From assembly GCA_013375475.1 (NCBI GenBank), contig JABXKD010000053.1, positions 1 through 25,206 of the forward strand: a stretch of 25,206 nucleotides of DNA, written 5' to 3'. Shown here piece by piece: positions 17,945 to 25,206 of the stretch. The notes under the pieces were generated by a model. It worked only from the letters and a program-made list of their open reading frames with translations. It searched no databases and was not told where the DNA came from. Within the stretch, counting starts at the first letter, position 1. Each line of letters begins with the position of its first letter. A program made the position numbers and the translations under genes. The stretch is from Promethearchaeota archaeon (GTDB lineage Archaea; Asgardarchaeota; Lokiarchaeia; Sigyniarchaeales; SOKP01).

Positions 17945-19299
17945 ATGACATTCAATAGTTTTATTCGAAAATTTCCAACTGCTGTAACTTACATCTTTTT
18001 TTGCTTCCGTTCTTTAGCATAATGAGCCTAGATTCATACTTATCATCATACTTATTCTTTCATTACAACGTCGTAATAGGAATACCCATTTTCGTAATTA
18101 TTATTCCTACTGGACTAATAAGATTGATATTTCCATTCTTTCAACCCTTATTAGGATCTATTTCAGATAGAAACTATCCATTTACTCGAAACAAGGGAAG
18201 ACGCTTTCTTTGGATAATGATTTTTGGTTTTCAAATACCGATCTTTTTTGTACTTCTATTCTGGATACCCGCTTTAGATGTATTGATTTTTTTTATTATT
18301 TTCACAACTTTTTACATGCTTTATAATGTTGTCTTTTCACTCTTTACATCGAACTATTCGGCCTTATTGCTTAATAAGTTTAGAAATCCCAAAGAACGAT
18401 TGCTCATTGGGGTAGTAACGGAATTTATCAGTACAATTGGAATTTTTATTATATGGATTTTTGCACCACTTTTCATCGGTTATGGAGATCCTTCCTCTTT
18501 TCAAATTTTAGCTATTCCAGTTGCTATCGTATTTGCTGTTACGCTTTCACTTGGCATATTTGGATTATTAGAAGAGAAAGAGTTAATTGATACTTATTTC
18601 AGTCCAAAACAAACCCCGTAAAAAGGATTCTTGAGAGATATGTTCAAAGGTTTTGCTATTTTTAAACGCAAAAACTTCGTTGTATTACTATTTCGGTGGA
18701 TAACCTTCGGATTATTTAATTATCTCTTTCTTTCAGGATTATTTAATTACGCAATATTTGTTTTAGGAGCCCCTTATTTCATTGCATCATTTTTTTCTAT
18801 GGGATATATAATATGGTCTTTAATCGCACTCCCGCTTAGTTTCCTTCTTTCATATTTAATTGGGCACTTAAAAGTATCCATAATTTCAGGTTTTGTAATG
18901 GGAGCAACACTCCTTCCATTTCTCTTTATCAACGACATCTTTATAACAGTGATATTAACCTCTATAATTGGATTCACATTTGGTCTCGGAGCAGGATCAT
19001 TAATCCCTCTGGTGGGAGATGTGTTCGACGAACACGCAAATACTAATCGTAGACGCTCAGAAGGAGTTTCTTATGGAATATTGAAGATGTTTGGAGGTTT
19101 GGCTGTTATAATGGGGAATTTCATAACTTCTCTTTTTTACACTCTTATAGGATTCCCCGGATTGGGTATAAGAATACTTACTACAACGATTCCTGGTATA
19201 TTGATAATAATCGTGATGATTTTATTCACTGTGTTGTACGATTTAAAGCCAGAAAAAACGGAAGCCATTCGAATGGAACTTAAAGAACTCGAATTATAA
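17945..19299 (+). pseudogene. Disrupted GPH/MFS transporter (in-frame TAA plus probable frameshift)
   Basis: Track ORFs 18001-18621 and 18631-19299 share a frame and are separated by one TAA (CCG TAA AAA GGA). Together they give QPLLGSISDR...PLVGDVFDE...YDLKP...LKELEL. The ATG 17945 frame joins by a 1-nt shift in the T7 run at 17996-18002. Confidence 0.75.
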
Positions 19300-19300
19300 C

Positions 19301-19316
19301 TTTTTTTTTCTTTTTT
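19301..19316 (+). terminator. Oligo-T terminator candidate
   Basis: T9-C-T6 immediately after the stop at 19299. Confidence 0.55.
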
Positions 19317-19408
19317 AAACTAAGTTAAATTTGGATAAAGAATCTTTTCATATGTTTTTATTCTATAAGTAAAATCTTTTTATCTGATGTTGAGAGATAA
19401 GATCCTTA

Positions 19409-21121
19409 ATGAGAATCGAAGAATTTGACGTAGTTGTAGTAGGCGCAGGTCTTAGTGGTCTTAGAGCAGGCTTAGAATTATCGGAAAAATGGAACACTGC
19501 GGTTATTAGCAAAGTTTATCCTGTCAGAAGCCATTCAGGAGCCGCTCAAGGAGGGATCAATGCAGCATTGGGGAATTTAGAAGAGAGTAAAAATGACACT
19601 CCAGAAGGACATGCGTTTGATACGGTAAAAGGCTCAGATTACCTTGCAGATCAAGATGTAGTGATGTTTATGTGTAAGGAAGCTCCTAAAATCGTTGTAG
19701 AATTTGAAAGTATGGGAGCTCCATTTTCGAGATTAGATTCTGGTCTTATTGCACAACGTCCCTTTGGTGGAGCGGGGTTTCCTAGAACCTGTTATGCCGG
19801 GGATAGAACAGGACACGCGTTGCTTCACACATTAAACGAGCAGAGCGTAAGAAATAGCGTGGAATTCTTTAACGAATACTTTCTAATAGACCTTATCGTC
19901 GTTAACGAAAAAATTACGGGAATAATTACTTTAGATATAAATAAAGGCGAACTCGTAATTTTTCGGGCTCTGTATGTTATACTGGCAACAGGAGGATTTG
20001 GAAGGATTTTTAAAAATTCCACAAATGCCTTGATTAACACAGGGGATGGGGTGGGTGCTGCGTTTCGTGCTGGAGTCCCGATGCAAGACGTAGAATTCGT
20101 ACAATTTCACCCTACTACGCTTTACGGCACGAACATATTAATTACTGAAGGTGCGAGAGGAGAAGGCGGGTATTTGTTTAATACTGAAGGAGAAAGATTT
20201 ATGTCAAAAACAGCTCCAAAAGCTATGGAACTTGCTCCACGAGATATTGTTGCAAGGGCTAACGATATTGAAGTTCTAGAAGGAAGAGGTTTCGAAAATG
20301 CTTATGTTCATTTAGATCTTACTCATCTGGGTGCTGACCGTATAAAGGAAAGGTTACCGGGAATAAGAGATATATCCATTTTCTTTGCTGGAGTTGATCC
20401 AATAGAAGAACCTATCCCTGTCCAACCCGGTCAACATTATAGTATGGGTGGAATCGGGACGAAGTATAAGGGTATATACGGAGAAACAGATATCCTCGGT
20501 TTATATACAATTGGCGAGTGTTCTTGTCTTTCTGTTCACGGCGCTAATCGTTTAGGGGGAAATTCTTTATTAGAAACATCTGTCTTTGGCCGCTATATTG
20601 GAAGAAAGCTATTAGAAATTGGATTACCCCAAAAGACAGCATTAAGCGACATAAAAAGTGCCGAAGATAGTGTTATAGAGAATGTCGAAGGACTTCTAAA
20701 AAGCTGGGATACGAATACAGGCAAGAGACCAATAGAGATCAAAAATAGTATGGGTGAGACTATGAACAAGAATGTTGGAGTTTTTAGAACTCATAATGAT
20801 CTATCAAAAGCATGCGATGTTCTGGTTGGCCTACAAAGAGATTTTCTAAATGTCAAAGTTTCAACTGAAGATCGTAAATTTAATTATGGCTTACTCCGAA
20901 ATTTGGAACTTAGATCTATGTTAGACATTGCAGAAGCTACTGCGTATGCGGCCCTATGGAGAAAAGAAAGTAGAGGGGGACACTATCGTTGGGACTACGA
21001 TTCTCGCGATGATGATAATTTTCTTAGCCATTCAATGATATATCGAGTAAAAGATGGTCTGGAATTAAAAACTAAACCGGTCGTATTAGGAATATTTGAA
21101 GTAAAAGAGAGGAATTATTAA
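19409..21121 (+). CDS. sdhA: Succinate dehydrogenase/fumarate reductase flavoprotein subunit
   Basis: [16 protein letters not shown] (covalent FAD His), [42 protein letters not shown]. Confidence 0.95.
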   Translation: MRIEEFDVVVVGAGLSGLRAGLELSEKWNTAVISKVYPVRSHSGAAQGGINAALGNLEESKNDTPEGHAFDTVKGSDYLADQDVVMFMCKEAPKIVVEFESMGAPFSRLDSGLIAQRPFGGAGFPRTCYAGDRTGHALLHTLNEQSVRNSVEFFNEYFLIDLIVVNEKITGIITLDINKGELVIFRALYVILATGGFGRIFKNSTNALINTGDGVGAAFRAGVPMQDVEFVQFHPTTLYGTNILITEGARGEGGYLFNTEGERFMSKTAPKAMELAPRDIVARANDIEVLEGRGFENAYVHLDLTHLGADRIKERLPGIRDISIFFAGVDPIEEPIPVQPGQHYSMGGIGTKYKGIYGETDILGLYTIGECSCLSVHGANRLGGNSLLETSVFGRYIGRKLLEIGLPQKTALSDIKSAEDSVIENVEGLLKSWDTNTGKRPIEIKNSMGETMNKNVGVFRTHNDLSKACDVLVGLQRDFLNVKVSTEDRKFNYGLLRNLELRSMLDIAEATAYAALWRKESRGGHYRWDYDSRDDDNFLSHSMIYRVKDGLELKTKPVVLGIFEVKERNY

Positions 21122-21138
21122 GTGGAGTGTGATTAAAA

Positions 21139-21903
21139 GTGAGTGAGAAACAAAAATTTTTGGTGTATAGAAGTTTAGGAAATGGATCTGTTCGGTACGA
21201 AAGATACGAAGTACCTCTTTCGAAAGGAATGAGCATTTTGGACGCTCTTTTTTACATACAAGATTACCATGACTCTACCTTCGCATTTCGTTACGCTTGT
21301 AGAGGGGCAATTTGTGGTAGTTGCGGTATCATGATTGATAAAGTTCCTATGTTGGCTTGTAGAACTCAAGTTTCAACAATTAAAACAGCTAAGAAACCTT
21401 TGAATCTTCCCGAAGTAGTTTTTGGAGATATCACTGATTGGGACCATGAGAATGAAATTCTAATCGAACCTTTACCAAATATGAACAGCATTAAAGATCT
21501 TGTAGTAGATATGGAACCATTCTGGAAATACTATCGAGAAGTTGAGCCTTATTTTACAAGAGATTGGAACGATATCGCCCCTGAATCGGCTCAATCGCCT
21601 AACGAAATGAAAATAATAGAAAAGCTAGTCTATTGTATATTATGTGGAATATGTTGGATGTGCCCTGTAAACTCAAAAAATCCTGCCTACTTGGGTCCGG
21701 CTCAGTTAGCAAAATCAGACAGATTTGTAAGAGATTCGAGAATTGACAGCGAGAAACAAAAAAACTCTCTATCACGGGTTTTGCAAGATGACGCTGTTCC
21801 TGCTTGTGAAAAGTTATTCGTCTGTAATAAAGTGTGTCCTAAAGATGTTATGCCAGGAACGGCTATTAAAGATATCCGAGATAATTGGGTATCAGAAAGA
21901 TAA
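21139..21903 (+). CDS. sdhB: Succinate dehydrogenase/fumarate reductase iron-sulfur subunit
   Basis: CRGAICGSC...LAC (2Fe-2S), IKDLVVD, CILCGICWMCP, CEKLFVCNKVCP. GTG start with GGAG upstream. Confidence 0.93.
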   Translation: MSEKQKFLVYRSLGNGSVRYERYEVPLSKGMSILDALFYIQDYHDSTFAFRYACRGAICGSCGIMIDKVPMLACRTQVSTIKTAKKPLNLPEVVFGDITDWDHENEILIEPLPNMNSIKDLVVDMEPFWKYYREVEPYFTRDWNDIAPESAQSPNEMKIIEKLVYCILCGICWMCPVNSKNPAYLGPAQLAKSDRFVRDSRIDSEKQKNSLSRVLQDDAVPACEKLFVCNKVCPKDVMPGTAIKDIRDNWVSER

Positions 21904-21928
21904 TAAAAAAAGCTAAAAGAGATATAAT

Positions 21929-22777
21929 CTATTTCCATCGAGAAAGTGTAGGGTTCCACATTCCCAAATACAATCCTTCATCGAACTTATCTAAATTAGC
22001 CATATCATCCTCGGAAATAGTAAAATCAAAGATTTTGCTGTTTTCAATTATATGATTTTCATTAGATGATTTTGGAATTTCAATAATTTTATGTTGTAAC
22101 CCCCAACGTATTAGGATTTGAGCACTAGATTTACCATATTTGTTCGCTATATCCATGAGTTTTGGGTCTTTTAATTTTTTACCTCGTGTTAAGGGGCTAT
22201 ATGCTTCCAACATTATCCCTTTATTGTCGCAGTACTCTTTAAGCTCTTTCAAATAAAGATATGGGGTTAATTCAACTTGATTTACGGCAGGAATTATATC
22301 TGCTCCATTTAGTAATTCATCAAGATGATTTTCATAATAATTGCTAACACCAATTGAACGAGCTTTACCCTCTTTAAAAATCGATTCTAAGGCTTTCCAA
22401 GCTTCTTGCCGATAGGTTGGTTCTGGCCAATGTAGTAAATAAAGATCCACATAGTCTAATCCTAGATTGTTTAAACTTCTATCAAAAGCTTTTAATGCCT
22501 TCTCGTGTTTAAACGAATCAATCCAAAGCTTGGTAGTAATGAAGATATCTTCTCGATTAATACCTTGTTCTTCTAATGAGATCTTTAAACCCTTTCCAAC
22601 ACCATTTTCATTTCCATATATTCGAGCTGTATCAATGTGTCTATAGCCATTACTTATGGCCCATCGTACCACATTAATAATAGTGTCTCCTTCAGATATT
22701 TCCCATGTGCCTAATCCGAAAAGAGGCATCTCAACACCATTGTTTAATTTAATCTTTGTATTAATATTTAAACTCAT
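21929..22777 (-). CDS. Aldo-keto reductase (AKR5/2,5-DKG-reductase-like)
   Basis: GLGTW, GYRHIDTARIYGNE, ITTKLW, DLYLLHWP, IGVSN, VNQVE, AYSPL, IPKS. Confidence 0.95.
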   Translation of the reverse strand: MSLNINTKIKLNNGVEMPLFGLGTWEISEGDTIINVVRWAISNGYRHIDTARIYGNENGVGKGLKISLEEQGINREDIFITTKLWIDSFKHEKALKAFDRSLNNLGLDYVDLYLLHWPEPTYRQEAWKALESIFKEGKARSIGVSNYYENHLDELLNGADIIPAVNQVELTPYLYLKELKEYCDNKGIMLEAYSPLTRGKKLKDPKLMDIANKYGKSSAQILIRWGLQHKIIEIPKSSNENHIIENSKIFDFTISEDDMANLDKFDEGLYLGMWNPTLSRWK

Positions 22778-22874
22778 AATTTCTCACAATTCTGTTATAA
22801 TCGGTATTAAGTAAAGATAATTTTTAAGCATATAAATTATAAAATCAAAGAAAGATTAGAGATGATTGTTAAAA

Positions 22875-24347
22875 ATGAAAGAATATCGAATTAACGATAA
22901 ATGGATATTAGATCGAGTGTCTTCTCAAAGCACCAGTTTTAGTCAATGGATAGAGAATATAATGAAAACCGTCGAACAATCTTTAAAAGAAGTTAATCCT
23001 GAACAGCTAGAAGAGATCAAGAAAGATAAAAAGTTCAGCTCTCTTAAAGATATTGATAAAGAATTGGCTAATGCTAAAAGAGAAATCGCTAAAATGGGGA
23101 ATGTTGGAGGATTACGAAATAAAATGGGCTCAAATATATCCAATTGGGTAATGAAAACTATTGACCGAGAACTTGAGGAATCGCGATCTGAATTAGAGGA
23201 TCTTGATTTTGATATTGGCATGATTACTGGAAAACGAAAGAACTTATCTTCAGCTCTCTATGATGTATCAAAGGATCGGGGTATTGAGTCAAAAGGATTG
23301 TTATATTTAATAAAAGCTTTACCAGATCTAGAAGCATTCCTGTACAGTACAAGCGTACGAAAATACTATAGAGATCACACCGAACACGCCCTTCGCGTCG
23401 CAGTTTTAGGCGATTTTCTCTTAGAACAAGATCTTGGTCATGGGACTCTATCGGGAGTAATTTCTGATCTGACGGGATTAGACAAGAATCTCCTTAAAGA
23501 CAAGTATTGGTGGGTCACCGGATTAATCCACGATATCGGTTATCCTTTAGGAAAAATGACAACAGCTGTTAATTTTTCTCTTGTAAATCAATTGTTAAAG
23601 TGTTATCCAACTTTAGATTTAGAATTTTTACCATTTGAGATTTCTTTATCTTGGAAAGGCAATCAAGAGGAATATTTGAACATTATAGAGGATGGTTTAT
23701 CTAAAAACGCGCGAGCCTTGATAAGGGAAGGAGTAGGATTTAATAAATATAATAAAATCTCTCAAAAGCCCCATGTTTATTTAAGAACTGAAGATGGTCA
23801 CCCAGAATTTAATTACCAAAGTATTTTAAATTTGGATCACGGAGTAATCTCTGCTCTTTCTCTTTTAAACGGACTTGGTACTCCAGATGAGATTAAGAAT
23901 AATGACGAATACGAGGGATATATAATAACAGCAAAAGCGATAGCTCTTCATAATTTTAAAGCTCAACTTAAGGAATATACATTTGATAGCCATCCTTTAG
24001 CTTTTTTTTTGATGTTGATTGACGAATTACAAGAATGGGGAAGACCTATTCCAATTCAAGTTCGGGACACATATTTCACTACAGAAATAAAAAAAGTAAC
24101 ATTATTAGATGATATCTTATTAAATCTGGACGAGTTTTCTTGGTTAATGCAATTTAAGAATAATAGAGCTAAAAATTTGATGGAGTTTGACTTTAACTCA
24201 TTTTCTAAAGAAAAGGAAAAATCTTTCGGGAGGCTAGACCGTGGAGAAAGTTTTTCTAAAACAACTATCAATCTTCAAGACTTAAAAATAGGTAAAAGTA
24301 AAGATCGTAAAGGTGAAATACTTAACCAATCAACAATCGTTATCTAA
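22875..24347 (+). CDS. HD-domain phosphohydrolase with N-terminal coiled coil
   Basis: RDHTEHALRV, IHDIGYP, DHGVISA, AIALHN, LIDELQEWGR. Charged heptad-like N-terminus. ATG 22875 (TTG 22866). Confidence 0.75.
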   Translation: MKEYRINDKWILDRVSSQSTSFSQWIENIMKTVEQSLKEVNPEQLEEIKKDKKFSSLKDIDKELANAKREIAKMGNVGGLRNKMGSNISNWVMKTIDRELEESRSELEDLDFDIGMITGKRKNLSSALYDVSKDRGIESKGLLYLIKALPDLEAFLYSTSVRKYYRDHTEHALRVAVLGDFLLEQDLGHGTLSGVISDLTGLDKNLLKDKYWWVTGLIHDIGYPLGKMTTAVNFSLVNQLLKCYPTLDLEFLPFEISLSWKGNQEEYLNIIEDGLSKNARALIREGVGFNKYNKISQKPHVYLRTEDGHPEFNYQSILNLDHGVISALSLLNGLGTPDEIKNNDEYEGYIITAKAIALHNFKAQLKEYTFDSHPLAFFLMLIDELQEWGRPIPIQVRDTYFTTEIKKVTLLDDILLNLDEFSWLMQFKNNRAKNLMEFDFNSFSKEKEKSFGRLDRGESFSKTTINLQDLKIGKSKDRKGEILNQSTIVI

Positions 24348-24449
24348 AAATAAGCTAATGTTCAAACTTATTGTCTATTAGTATAAACTTTTTTTATTAA
24401 TCCGTTTCTAATAACCTTATACTTAAACAAATTTTGGTTGTTTTAAATT

Positions 24450-25206
24450 TTGAATTACCGCATAGAAAAAGATGTTTTGGGCGAAATAGAAGTCCCTAAC
24501 GATGTATTTTGGGGTATTAATACCCAGAGAGCATTGCAAAACTTTCAAATAAGTGGAAAGAAATTTCCTGATATATTTATCTTATCGCTAGCACAGGTAA
24601 AAAAAGCATGTCTATTAGCAAATATTGAGCTGGGTTTGATCGATAAAGAAAATGGAGATGCTATCCTACAAGCAGTTAACGAGATTTTAAAAGAAGATAA
24701 ATACTTGAATCAATTTCCAATCGATATTTATCAAACTGGAAGTGGAACTCAAACAAACATGAATATGAACGAAGTATTAGCTAACAGGGCATCTCAAATC
24801 TTAGGATTTCCTATGGGTAAAAAGCATCCAATACATCCAAATGATCATGTAAATAAAAGCCAATCTTCTAATGATGTCATCCCAAGTACAATGCATGTAT
24901 CTACTGCTCATATGATCAAGAAATTATTACCAGTATTAAATAGATTGAAAGAAGTTCTAGCTGCTAAAATAGAAGAATTCGAAGATATTATCAAAGTCGG
25001 AAGAACTCATTTACAGGATGCGGTCCCAATACCTCTATCGTTAGAGTTTAAAGTTTACAAAAACCAAATTGAAACTAATATTAAACGATTAAATAAGGTT
25101 TTGGATGAGTTGTTCTACATTCCAATAGGTGGAACTGCCTTAGGAACAGGATTAAACGCTCATGAGGATTTTGGCAGACTCACAGTATCCCATCTTTCTG
25201 AGATAA
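24450..25206 (+). CDS. fumC: Class II fumarate hydratase, 3'-truncated by the window (absent from the ORF track)
   Basis: Manual translation from TTG 24450: MNYRIEKDVLGEIEVP...WGINTQRALQNF...QTGSGTQTNMNMNEVLANRA...HPNDHVNKSQSSND...GRTHLQDAVP...GGTALGTGLN. QTGSGT favours FumC over AspA (QGGAGT). Confidence 0.93.
   Translation, partial: MNYRIEKDVLGEIEVPNDVFWGINTQRALQNFQISGKKFPDIFILSLAQVKKACLLANIELGLIDKENGDAILQAVNEILKEDKYLNQFPIDIYQTGSGTQTNMNMNEVLANRASQILGFPMGKKHPIHPNDHVNKSQSSNDVIPSTMHVSTAHMIKKLLPVLNRLKEVLAAKIEEFEDIIKVGRTHLQDAVPIPLSLEFKVYKNQIETNIKRLNKVLDELFYIPIGGTALGTGLNAHEDFGRLTVSHLSEI

Noticed and set aside
917-24271. Many short antisense or alternate-frame ORFs in the track (e.g. 917-1129, 1598-1945, 6901-7191, 10647-10934, 12764-13051, 16870-17121, 22943-23221)
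   Set aside because: They overlap well-supported genes and show no recognisable motifs, so they are treated as shadow ORFs.
24389-24400. TTTTATTAA shared upstream of aclB, sucC and fumC as a TCA regulon motif
   Set aside because: It is TATA-like and also occurs inside coding regions of this AT-rich window, so it is not specific.
1-25206. CRISPR arrays, tRNA/rRNA genes, IS elements, integrases
   Set aside because: I saw no regularly spaced repeats, GC-rich structured RNA segments or transposase/recombinase motifs; intergenic gaps are short and AT-rich.

Overview
AT-rich, gene-dense prokaryotic DNA with archaeal signals: BRE/TATA-like promoters, GGTGA/GAGGT ribosome-binding sites and oligo-T terminators. 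The gene repertoire (GPH-type MFS transporters, a URO-D-family protein, an SCP2 fusion) is most reminiscent of Asgard archaea, Lokiarchaeia-like; this is inference only. Five citric-acid-cycle enzymes lie within 25 kb: two-subunit ATP-citrate lyase (aclBA), succinyl-CoA synthetase (sucCD), a 2-oxoacid:ferredoxin oxidoreductase (korAB-like), an anchor-less Sdh/Frd AB pair, and class II fumarase (fumC, cut by the window end and missing from the ORF track). The set may include all three reductive-TCA marker steps, if the OFOR and Sdh/Frd act in the reductive direction. Interspersed are a corrinoid protein plus a URO-D/methyltransferase-SCP2 fusion, a tandem-SH3 protein, two GPH/MFS transporter genes (one broken), three tandem membrane-anchored CapA-like metallophosphatase copies (one truncated) with a duplicated promoter, a zinc-ribbon protein, a nucleoside hydrolase, an aldo-keto reductase and a coiled-coil HD-domain protein. 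I saw no rRNA, tRNA, CRISPR array or mobile element.
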